Assembly (NCBI GenBank): GCA_048128005.1
Contig: JBEUKZ010000009.1
Location: 1-64,000 of the forward strand
From: Veleropilina oligotropha
Taxonomy: Eukaryota
DNA: 64,000 nt
Direction of reading: 5' to 3'
Made by a program: the position numbers and the translations under genes. Under the pieces are notes generated by a model, which did not search any database, was not told where the DNA came from, and saw only the letters and a program-made list of their open reading frames with translations. Shown here one piece after another: positions 13,361 through 25,400 of the stretch (the first letter of the stretch is position 1; each line of letters begins with the position of its first letter).

Positions 13361-16300
13361 CGTTTCACAATATTTTGTTTCAAAGTAAGTAAATATATAT
13401 TTACTATTTATTATCTAAGTGATTCTTGAAACCATGAACAGTTTACTCCATAATACCATGCATGTTCTCGCGGAAGGCGACGGCCGGGGGGCTGATCAAA
13501 CCAAAAACTCTTCCTCCAACAGAGAGTTCAGCTGCACAGCATTCTCTCCAAGTCTATCATCAAACCCGAGACTGGATACTGCTGCAGAGCATGTCTTTGG
13601 TCCCCAGGGATTATGGATGGACAGTGGGGATTAATGGTTATGAACCGGTCCCCACATTATACCCCATGGCTTCTAAAGACCTGCTTCGAATTACGTGCTG
13701 CAATTGCAATGTAGATTGCAGCAACCAACGGTGCAGTTGCAAGAAGAATGGTGTCGCATGTAGATCAGCATGCGGAATTTGTACAGGAATTACATGCAAG
13801 AATAATTGTATCCATGATGAAGAATACTCAGACATTTACTCATGAGGCAATTGCGTAGCATTGGAGATATTAGTAAACTAATAAAGCTACTTTTTAATTT
13901 GCATACACCCAGCAGTATTTATTTTCACGAAAAGGGCGGAAAATGTGTGATAAATGGCAGGAAAAGTGGACACGGACGTTTTTACTCCAGGAAGTGGTTT
14001 TGTTGCAAAACAAATGCTTGCAATCGATTTAAAATCATGAAAAACCCCTAGTTTCACCCCTTACAATCTACTGAAGGCAGAATTGAACTTTTTCAATTTT
14101 CCCGGATAAGGTTCCGGGTGCCCCATCTTTCCGGAGCTGTCACAGGTTACGCCACGGGAGTTTAATTTAAACTTTTTTATATTTGTTAGAAGACATCTTT
14201 ACAAACACATTGGCAAAGAAATCTCTTGGTAAGGAATTTGTTCCCATATTTACCAGATATCTGATAATATTCCCTGACTACAAGTAATAACATACCAAAG
14301 TACTGTAATAACATTGACAAAGTCCAAATTCCGAATTTCAGCGAAACTGGGACGTACATTTTTCTAATATTTACAGGATAAGTTAAACACATCATAAGGA
14401 AGGCTCATGCCAATAAAGAAAAAAAGTTATCAGACAGTTTGAGATATTCACATTTGAAGGCAAAACTTGTTGCAGAAGTGGATTTTCCAAGTCCAAAAAG
14501 GTACATTTCGGAAAAACTGATACGTAGAATTATCTAATAACTTCAGGATATGTTCAGAACATCATAAGAAAGGCTCATGCCAAATTAGAAAAAAAGTTAG
14601 CCGACAGTTTTGGAGTTACTCACATTTGAAGTCAAAATTTGTCGCAGAAGTGAATTTTCTAAGTCCAAAAAGGTAAATTTCGGAAAAACCGGGAGGTAGA
14701 ATTTCCTAATATTTTCAAGAAGTGTTCAGAACATCATAAGGAAGGTTCATGCGAAAGTGGTATCAGTAAAGCTCTGCTGACTACATCACAGCGGAGCTAA
14801 AAAGAGAATAAGTTCATCCAGAACATACGATTTGTCTATTCTTGATTTAGCTAATCCGGAGATGTCTGTATGCATTCCCAGAGTTCGAGATGACCATACA
14901 ATCAAACGTTTCTTAACGTTATCCTGCGGCGGCAAGTTAAGACAAATGTCTATCCTGTGAGCTTTGAAAATATCACACGAGATGAAATAGAGTGTGAAAT
15001 TATCATAGTAAACAGGATAAACATTCGTATCAAACAAGATCCTGCAGGGTAACATTTTTATTTTCATTTTATTTTTAAGAAAATCTTATTTTATATGTCT
15101 GCAATGTTGAACAATCACTAAGCAATAAATAAAGTCATGCAAATTAAAACTTACTAGCTATTCTAAACGCAAAATAACCTGGAAATTTTAAAGCTGAAGT
15201 ATAGTTTAATCGTATGCATTCTTTGTATATGATCGAAAGGAACATTTGAAAACAAATGATTATCTTCCGCAAAAGCGAAATGACGATTAGCTGATGTGTA
15301 GTTTGGTACAAAATTGTCCAGTGTGATAAGAGTAATTGTGAAACGTCAGGTGACATCATCTAGAGCAATTAAACATCAACAAATTTCTCTAAATGACAAT
15401 AATTTCAGATATTACATTAGTACAGTGATGGTTGTACGAGCTATGGATAGCTTGCACAACACGAACTAATCATGCTTCCGAAATGCACGAACTTGTCAAC
15501 AATATCTACCATTTCTCCATTAGCTGATAATGTCATCCACGTCACTTACAATTCGCCTCGACTAAATCCTTGTCAACTACCATTAACTTCGTATCAATTA
15601 CGTTCAAATAATGTTCGCTGCCTCAGTAGCTAAACTGAACATTATCGAGTAGATGATGTATTTCATTATTGAGTAGATGATGTATTTCAGACATGATGCA
15701 GCCAGAAATGCTAGTTTACCAAGGAAAGATGTGGGACAGATCAGATGTAAGCAAATGATTTCAAATAATGACCATTAAAATATACATCACTGATATAATA
15801 ACATCAACAATTTAAAATGTGACAAGTTTATTTTAGATCCAATATGTACAAAAGATGCACAGATGACAACTATTTTATAACCTACAGATAAAATATCTTT
15901 AATGTTGTACAATATCTTCTAATTACAATTAAAATCAATGCACCCGAACAAATAACTAAACTACCTTGAATTTTGCATCTTTTATATCCGACATGTGAAA
16001 TATTTGAGAATAATTTTGATTCGCCGAATTTATAGGACAAACTAGAAACGGTTATCATAAAATCTTCTTCTCATCAACAGTTTACAATACAAAATTTGTA
16101 CAGGCAATTATAAAATTGTACTCTGAAGTCAGGTCGTAAAATTAAATATCAATTCTTGGCAACATTGACGTTTATACATGTATAAAGAAAACTGTTACCA
16201 ATGGGAAATAACTCTGCGAGCCTTAATCACTTTGGACTAACAGCTGATAAAAGATCAGCTAACGTTGGAAGGATGAATGTCATGTTTTCAGACTATGTCA

Positions 16301-16454
16301 ATAATTTTTCACTCAGAATCGGTCCAATATTGAAGTAGGCCGAGTTCATTTGGTAAAAACCTTAAGATACCCAGGACTCCACCAAGAGACATCAAGCTTT
16401 GCAGGCCAGCATCCTACACTGGGCAAAGGAACTCCTCAACCTATATGTCATACA

Positions 16455-16810
16455 TAATACACTGCGACACGAACAATATATACACATAACAGGCTGACCG
16501 ATAGAGAAGCTGTTATGTTTATAACGCCGAGGGGTGGCAGCTGTATTATCTGTTCTACACATCGTGGAAATCTATTGTAAATTGATAGCTGTCACCCCTT
16601 AAAACATTCAATTGCCCAACATAACGCCCTCATGAGGTGTTATGAGAAATTGACTCTTCCATTGGCAAGTTGTCAAATCTATTGTCACTCAATTTAGTCA
16701 GGCCAGCGAGCAGAGTTATCCATTGTCTGGGTTGTTATTTGCAACAATGTGGAAATTAACACTAGGAGGCCTATTGTTCAAGTAATCCACCCCATGTTTT
16801 GTATATGGTA
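16455..16810 (+). repeat. Unclassified dispersed repeat; second copy at 54190-54425 plus 56846-56970
   Basis: Shared blocks GGCAGCTGTATTAT, CCCCTTAAAACA, TTGCCCAACATAAC and GACTCTTCCATTGG-AAGTTGTCAAATC. Confidence 0.7.
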
Positions 16811-18184
16811 GTAGTGCCATCCTCACCTCGCCCATAAAGAGTATTGTTAAAGTACTAACAGTAATATCATTATTTTGCAAAATAAATATAAATTACAATA
16901 ATGGGATGACACTTTCAAATAATTAGCATAAAACAAGAAAGTACATACACAAATGAATAACATATCATTAACAGGTAACTATCAACAAAATATACAATGT
17001 TTTGAAAATAAAAGCTACGCTTGTATCTAAATGGCAAATAAATAGATAAGAACAACCAAATTGTTGGTTTTAATGTATAAAATTAAGCAACAATTTAGCA
17101 CAATCACTAATAAATATATGTCAATATATGGATGCATCGACTTTATACGAGCAAATGGCACACTATAATATATATTATTTATCATATCATGTCTAGTGCA
17201 ATGATAACAGAAATCTAATCTAAAATCCACTCTAACTACTCATTTATGTATTTCACACAGCAACAACTAGATTCTATATAAGTGGACCAAGCAGAATTGG
17301 GACAAATGGGATTTCCATTTGTTCACACCTTTGAACGATTATTTTGTACTCAAAAGTGACACAACTGAGAAGACGCCATTACAGATGTTACTAGATGAGC
17401 CATTCACTGTCAGAGGGTATAAACACAGTACAGAATTTGTACAACTTACAATTTGAATAAAGCAGTTATATACATGATCAATGATTCAGTGACAAAATTC
17501 GCATGATGGTTACTTTCATCAGGCATCTAATTTAAGTGTCCAAAGTGAAAATAAATATTGATAAAAACATTGCTTATAAATATATTCAAAAGATGAACGG
17601 TATTTTATGGATTAACATCATATGCTTGAAAAGATTTTAAACATACTAATTGACCCAATGTCGCCATTTTTATGGCAACGGACGTGGATTGTATCATATA
17701 AATGATCACAAATTTAAATTCAGTATATTTTTATCTTTGTTAAACATTATATTAAATTATAAATTACACAGACTGTCCAACCGGCTTTACATTCTAGATA
17801 AATATTCAGACAAACGTGTGCCCACCTTACGCAATTTTAAGGGAAATTAAAAATTCTTAATATTTTTTAACTCGAGGGATAATATTTGTCGCAGAAATAA
17901 ATCATTTTAAAACTTTTAACGCTTGATTACAACTAATGCAATATCAGTTTGCTTCCTTTGCGATTGGAAAAGGGTGGAGTTATGTACTGTAAGTTCAGTA
18001 GTCCCTTGATCCACAACACTTGTGACCATGCAGCTCTCCCCCCTTCAGTTCATTCATGTGGATGGAGGATATAATCTATCTACAGTGCAGTGATGATATA
18101 TGAGCATAGCAGTGACTCGCTGTACACATTTACATATATAATATAATGGATCTATACAGATGAGACATGTTCCCATTTCTATGT

Positions 18185-18925
18185 GACAGGCCGTACATCA
18201 TGGCCATGAAGACAGGCCGTACATCATGGCCATGAAGACAGGCCGTACATCATGGCCATGAAGACAGGCCGTACATCATGGCCATGAAGACAGGCCGTAC
18301 ATCATGGCCATGAAGACAGGCCGTACATCATGGCCATGAAGACAGGCCGTACATCATGGCCATGAAGACAGGCCATACATCATGGCCATGAAGACAGGCC
18401 GTACATCATGGCCATGAAGACAGGCCGTACATCATGGCCATGAAGACAGGCCATACATCATGGCCATGAAGACAGGCCGTACATCATGGCCATGAAGACA
18501 GGCCGTACATCATGGCCATGAAGACAGGCTGTACATCATGGCCATGAAGACAGGCCGTACATCATGGCCGTGAAGACAGGCCGTACATCATGGCCATGAA
18601 GACAGGCCGTACATCATGGCCATGAAGACAGGCCGTACATCATGGCCATGAAGACAGGCCGTACATCATGGCCGTGAAGACAGGCCGTACATCATGGCCG
18701 TGAAGACAGGCCATGCATCATGGCCGTGAAGACAGGCCGTACATCATGGCCATGAAGACAGGCCGTACATCATGGCCATGAAGACAGGCCGTACATCATG
18801 GCCATGAAGACAGACCGTACATCATGGCCGTGAAGACTGTAAATAAGGCCGTACATCATGGCCGTGAAGACAGGCCGACAACATGGCCATGATGACAGGC
18901 CGTACATCATGGCCATGAAGACAAT
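18185..18925. repeat. 26-bp minisatellite (ACAGGCCGTACATCATGGCCATGAAG)n, about 28 units
   Basis: Direct tandem repeat. Confidence 0.95.
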
Positions 18926-19160
18926 CAGACAATCAGCAGAACATATAATGCTGTGCATACATGCATCACAACAAGGTTAATGGAAGCTGGAATCATTACA
19001 CACCGTCAAATATAGTTAACAAAGTCATTTTCACATTTTTCACCTTCAGATTTGAAGTTCGAACATAAATGTTAGTCCTTCTTATCATTTTTAATTGGCT
19101 ATTCGACATTATCAATTAGATATGTGCATGAATTTCCTGAATCAGATATTCAATACACAA

Positions 19161-19479
19161 GGCAAAAAAAATGTCTTGGTTCCTGTTATCCTACCCTACC
19201 TAAATTTTCGGCCTTACCCTAAACTTTTTGTCTGATTTACTTTTTTTTAAATCCATCTCGCCCCTGACCATCCTATTTTCTCTCTGGAAGGCTTTATGAT
19301 GTGTGACATGTCTATTAAATAGGATTAATGACCGCATATTACCATATGACATGGATTTTTCTTCAATTGGTTGTTTAATTTTGGGAAAAATCGATACATA
19401 TATATATATGAAATTTACCTACCTACATACCCTAATTTGCATGACCATGTAAAGATCTGGAACCAAATAATTTTTGGCC
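19161..19479. mobile_element. MITE with GGC...GCC termini (Zator-like)
   Basis: TIR GGCAAAAAAAATGTCTTGGTTCC versus GGAACCAAATAATTTTTGGCC, with 3-bp flanking CAA/CAA. Confidence 0.55.
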
Positions 19480-20276
19480 CAAGTGTTTATAAAGTGCTTC
19501 ATTAACAATAGAGATTCCTCTTTATACATACAATAATTTAGGGCAAAAACATACAAAAACAAAATATTTCAATAAATAAGATCATTTGCATAGTATAACA
19601 TTTTCTTTTATGTTACTTGATCCTGTGCTGTGGGTGGATTATGTATATGGAAATAACTGTGATGCAATAATGCACCAAATGTTCCGCCTCACAATTAATC
19701 CACGGAGACCACCGGACGATTATCCTGCAATACAATGTATTTTAAACTTGTGATTTTTGCTGTGCTGTTTTGTCTTCTTGTCAACGTCTGACGAGATGCG
19801 AGGCCTTTGGTTTTCGTAGTCTGGAAGTTTTGTTCATTAGAGAGTCTTTGCTCGCCTGATTAATTCGTCTATGAATTTCTGCAATAGAAAATTCAACGTC
19901 GTCAGAAAATATCTGTAGCGAGATCCTTGCATACCTGCAAATTGTGCCAAACATACCAAGATAAGGCGTTAATTTGTTTACAAACATGATTTCGTAGTTC
20001 TTTGAAAAACAACACCTAACTTTCTAGTGCCTTTCTGCTCCAGTATTTAAGAGTTGCAGACTGCACTAATCATGTATATTGCAGGTAAACAGAGGTCTCA
20101 CCCTTAACTGGCTCTGATAAAGATGTACCCAAACAAACAAATCCCACGAACATTGATCACAGCTTGTGCTTTGACACCTGGTATTTAGATAATGTGTCAG
20201 AAGGCCTGATGTAATGTGGCCACCTCCAGCCTGAAGGTCACACAATACAGAGCATCTGTGCTAACATGTCACTGAG

Positions 20277-20576
20277 CAGGGCCCTAGCTACACATTTTCA
20301 TCTGGGGGGGGGGGGGGGGGGCAGACCATGAGGGCCTGAGGTGGCTAGGGAGGTCCAACTTTCATCAAATATACTATTAACTGTTAAAGAAAATTTTGAC
20401 AATCAACAGCCTGAAACCTCCTCTCCTGCACTCTGACAGGGCAAAAGCGATATTTCTTACCAACATTTATGAACCATTTCACCAAAATGTATGAGTTATT
20501 GCTATATATACATAATTATGTCCAGATTTCTGTGGCAACTTCCCCCCTTGCCCCCCCCCCGCTAGCTACGGCACTG
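20277..20576. mobile_element. MITE with CAG...CTG termini and subterminal polyG/polyC
   Basis: CAGGGCCCTAGCTA versus TAGCTACGGCACTG, with CTGAG on both flanks. Confidence 0.55.
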
Positions 20577-21023
20577 CTGAGCCCAACCCTCACTCACGTG
20601 GACTGTACCAGGTTCACTATACCAATAGGCTCGACAATACACAATAATATTGTCCAATATTTTTGTATGAAATGAAAGGATCGATTCTTTATGCCATGTA
20701 TATTTACAACCATCAGATTCAATGCAGGACATATGATTATGTCCATATTATCGCAAGAGGAGAAAATCATCCTCTCCGACCAGTTACAGCGTATGGTACG
20801 ATAAAGTTGTAAAAGAATACTGTACTTTAAAAACAAATAACTTTATAATAATTTACGCAGTGTCCTTATTTGTTACATGTATTGCTTAAATAGTTACACA
20901 TTAATCTTGCGCATATTTATGTCACGATATCCATTAAATAGGATGTTGACTGTTTCTGGATATCACCCATTATGGAAACAATCCTAGTGATCCAGAGATG
21001 ACCCACACCAGCTGGGTGAGTTG

Positions 21024-21184
21024 TAGCCAGATAAATCTGCCCCTAATTACAAGCTCCAAATCCTGACGGTCACGTGTATCAAGGGTCAGATGTCGCCGCT
21101 ATTAAAAAAGCGTGGTTCTGTAACCCAAATCACGCGACCCGTCAGGATTTCTAGCTTGTTATTAGGGGCAGATTTATCGGGCTA
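21024..21184. mobile_element. 161-bp palindromic MITE with TAG...CTA ends and 9-bp TSD (AcademH-like)
   Basis: TAGCCAGATAAATCTGCCCCTAAT... versus ...ATTAGGGGCAGATTTATCGGGCTA. TSD GGTGAGTTG at 21015-21023 and 21185-21193. Confidence 0.8.
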
Positions 21185-22440
21185 GGTGAGTTGTACCCAA
21201 GTACAACACTGTACTTATATGATCACACCTTAGCATTCCGGTAATCATATGAGAACTATGCATGATTCTGATGATCACTTAATTCATAATTGTTTGCCTC
21301 CACAAATTCCCATACTTACATGTATAACATCTTTAGGCTGCCTTACATCGATTAACTCTGACTACAAAACAAGAAGAGACAGTAAAGTTACATACATTTA
21401 AGATGTAATGGTAACATATGGACACTCTTGAAATACATGTTTGAGATGGGATTTATCATTATCGGTATCTTAATTATCATAAATTTATAAAAATGTAGTC
21501 CACGTTTGGGTTGCATAAAAAACAAAGAATGAATTTGAATTCGGTCCTTTCTCTGATTTTTATCAAGACCAATATATCCGAATCAGAAGCTCATAAACTC
21601 ATTATTCATTTCAATGTCAAAGGATTTAGATTCCCATAAATGTCTCATCAATGCTAATGGTATGTATGCCTACGATGGCTGTTAACATTGTTTTAGTATT
21701 GCATATATATGCAAACTGGCTTCAGAATGTGTTAATGTAACATAAAATGTTACATAAAGATCTGAATAATGCACTGTATTTAAATTAATAGGCTACATTA
21801 TAACACACAGATACATACATGCACATTACTATAAATAGCAACATCACATATCACGACTTCCTTATTGTTACCATATGACGACGTGACGGTGTACATGTAC
21901 TTACATCAGTATAATGAACACCAAATGGGTCCAGATATAGGATAGGCAAACAGTAGGAAATTGGTGGATTTCTAAGTGTACCAGTATGTGACACGTGTGT
22001 AGATGACAAATCACTTCTGATGTTTCATAAATATTAAAAAAAATACCATGATGATAATTGCAGCAATAAATCAGAAACAGGCTAAATTTCCAGATATCTT
22101 CATTAGTCCTAATGCAATATAGTGACCACATACACGATAAACTAGAAAATCCTCGACCCCGCGAGTCGAGGTGGTGTATCCCCTCCCACCGGAGCCATCC
22201 TAAATCTGAAAACGACCGAAAACAGTGAAAATCGATAGGCCTCACATCATACCAAACGTGATATCAAATGGGAAGAACTTGATCAGTTCACAGTAGAGCG
22301 CACACAAGAAATCTCTTCAATGAAAATGGCTGACACGGTGGCCATCTAAAATTGTTAGGCCTCGCTATTTCACGGAGTTAAGCGACCAATGTTGTGCTTA
22401 CTACAAAAGGTATATTTGAGATGAGGTGGACACAGGTAAA

Positions 22441-25400
22441 AATAAGGTTTTCCAAGTAAACCTAGTATTAGTTAGAATATACTTATGTCATTACCAATGC
22501 CATAATAGCCATATTATCGCTAAACCGGAAACTGTGGAAAGAGTTTCACTTTCTTAATATTTTTACACACGCTTACCTCCCCTGCTCAACTTTCCTCCCA
22601 CGAGACCTGCCCAAGTCTCGCGAGATCTCAGACACCAAGGCCGAGCATGCCAATTTTAAGTCAGAGGAATCTACAGTGCGTAGAGGAACTTAGCAAGAGG
22701 GGTTGGAAGGGAATGTAATGAGCAGGGTGGGTAGACGTGTAATGGCGTAAGTATATTCTAAATAATACTAGGTTTACTTGAAAACCTTATTATTAGTAGC
22801 AATATACTCTACGTCATTACCAATGCCAGAATCAACTTGGAGGTGGGCTAAGTTCTAAAGAAATTAATACCCAAACAAGTTACTTGTCACCATGGAGTCA
22901 GCTTGTAGTGCCGAATCGCATCCGCTCAGGATGGAATTACTGAGTATTATAATTCTACCCTTACCTCAGACTGAATTTTGACCAATGAACCTGGGAAAAA
23001 ACGCCAGAAGTGTTAGTCGTACAAGGTAACGCGAAAGTGCAATCAGCCCCAGGCAAGGCTGGAGGATAAATCCTGTAGGACTTGGATGTCATGGACTGAA
23101 GCAGCTTTCAAACCCTGGGCATCGAGGCCGGTAACCAAAAGATGCAGTCAACTTGCGACAAACATACAGCACCTAAAAAGGTTGTGAATATAACTAGTTA
23201 TGCAATTATTAATAGATATAAGTAATATATACACGTATATATTATATTCCATATTAATAACAAATTCGCTTGACCAAATAGCGAAATGCAAACATGTCCC
23301 CATGTTACTTAAAGAAAATTTAAAGATTGAATGATATTAAATTTTTTTCTATGTCGCAACACCGTAAGCTCATAACAGCAAATGAACTTCAATAATATCA
23401 AAATCTAAAAAACATTTTAAGATTTAGCATTAGAATATAAATGTTTAAATTCAATGTGAGTTGGCATGTGTCATGTGAACTCAGATATGACAATTTATTC
23501 TGTCCATAAATAGAATTTTAGAACTGCAGACAACACACTGAAATCAACACTAAGTTGCAAGCAAAGGTTCACAATAGAGTTGCACATAATGCAGAGTGAA
23601 CCGTACAATTACCAATTAAGGATTTACAATACCTGTCACTGCCGATTTAACCTAGTTGTCCTATAAATGCAGTGGTGCATTGCAGCACATTGGGTAATGG
23701 ACAACCCGTCCGCTCCAGTCAAGAAATCGCATAAATATAATGCTTTACGAAGACATTCGGGTTTATCCAGCCTGGTCGATATCGCTATTTCATGGGCACG
23801 AACAGCAATCAGGTTGCGGTCAGCTTCGTGGATAAGGAGTATACACCTGGACCGTGTGACAAATACATCTCAAGATCGTATTCTTAGATACATCGCGGGT
23901 GAAATTGAGCAAATAAGAATAAACAAGGGTTTTTGCCTTGTCGTAATCACGTGTACGGTCCAGGTAATATCGAAGCGTACGTACCGGGCAGCTAAGACGG
24001 TCGATATCATTTCTACAGACGAGGGATAGCTGTGGTAAATGACCTCCGGAGCAATATCGTACGGCCGCTGGTTCTTTGCAAGAAATCCCAATGCTGGCCG
24101 TAAAATGACCGATCTTTGGACTGGAATCTAATGTCCCGAAGTTCTGCGGAGAATTTGTGTATCTCTAGAGGCCCTTTGCCCGACGCAAATGCAATGAAGT
24201 CCACAGTTTGTAGGTAAGGTTACGTAAGGAAACATTAATACATAACGGCTCGAACAGGCCTAATCTAGCAGAGCGTTAAGGATAAGTACGATATTCCAAG
24301 CAGGCCGCGGCATGCTAATCGGTCTTTCGAGTTCGTAAGACTTTACAAAGTCAGAAATAGTACGGCCGACGAAAAGCCAATTCGGGAGCGATATTGCTTT
24401 GCACGTAGTCTAGATCGAGGCCCGATAACCTTTGACGGACAAGACTGACAGTCCTCGTTCGAATAACGACGTAATAAACTCGATAAACTTGCTCACAGGG
24501 GAACAGTGAATAATATTGACTTCCCACCTGTGATACCAACCCACAAATTTTAACCATTGGTTGTCGTAGACCTTAGATGTAGATTGTCTTCGCGATCGGT
24601 TAATGCGGCGCGAGAAATCCTTTCTCAACAAGCGATCGTTCGATAAACCGCGTGTAAACGAAGTACGTTCGACGGCGGGTGTAACACCCCTGAGCGCGGT
24701 TGCATTAACAGGTTCGGTCTCTGCGGTCGCGCTAACGGTAGATAAACGAGAAGTCGGAAACCAAGGCTGCGTGCGATTAGAGGTGCTCTCTCGCAGCGAT
24801 CTCGCGATGCCTTCTATAGAACAAGCCGTAGTATGCACGGCGGAGGGAAAGGCGTAAGAGATCAGATTATCCCATGTCAATGACAGCGCGTCGACCGCTA
24901 GGGCAGCCGGGTCCGGGGAGACATACAATGAATTCTGTTACGAACAGATCGACTTGGAGTTGTGACCATGCAACGGCGACAAACTTCCCGAGCTACCTGG
25001 TCTGTAGCGTCCACTCTGTGTGTATAATCTGCGATTTCCGAGAGAGCGAGTCCGCTCAGACGTTAAATTTTCCCGGGATGTGTCGTGCTCGTATCGTCGA
25101 GCTGAGGAACATCACTAGGCGGTGTAGGTCGATAGCCTGGTCGCACAGGGGATGCGAGCTAGTGCCGCCCTGGTGTTGAACGTATGGAACGACAGTCGTG
25201 TTGTCCGTGGCGAGCATTATATGCTTGTAGTGGAGATGTGACGAGACGGACCGTATGTCAGGTAGACCGTTTCTAACTCTAGGTAGTTTATGTGTCGTCC
25301 CTGCAGGTCCGTCGGCCATAGGCCCGATGTCTCGTAACTGTCGAGGTCACCATCCCAGCCCACGTTCGAAGCGTCCGTGTATAGGAAAGCATTCGGCTCT

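Larger units (their letters stand above)
12610..13454 (-). mobile_element. 5'-truncated Penelope-like element (GIY-YIG end) with inverted pLTR, nested in Academ
   Basis: Minus-strand LPYMQGLSE...KDKTP...YIGES...RFKEH...GHSV...KVKEAIYIRQQKPTMNRDLG. An inverted copy of the 3' end spans ~13234-13418. ACCATGCATGTT is repeated at 12598-12609 and 13455-13466. Confidence 0.85.
8040..13845 (+). pseudogene. Decayed Academ protein: C-terminal transposase part, XPG-like nuclease and CxC finger, split by an intron and two insertions
   Basis: Motifs LVIDGGWLL, EADTAIV, EDADV, LLFC|HAFTGCDTVS, LPPT...QHSLQVYHQ and CCNCNVDCSNQRCSCKKNGVACRSACGICTG. Candidate GT-AG intron 9529-9752. Many stops and frameshifts. 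Confidence 0.8.
6889..14783 (+). mobile_element. Academ (AcademX-type) DNA transposon, internally deleted, with two nested insertions
   Basis: Termini TAGTCAGCGGAGCTTTACTGATACC and GGTATCAGTAAAGCTCTGCTGACTA. Imperfect TIRs of about 0.9-1.1 kb (6889-~7975 versus ~13878-14783). Coding remnants carry XPG/PIN-like motifs and a C-terminal Cys-rich finger. TSD not resolved. Confidence 0.8.

Noticed and set aside
19620..20030. Possible host exons on the minus strand (68-aa ORF and acceptor-like sites)
   Set aside because: No recognisable protein and no consistent exon chain.
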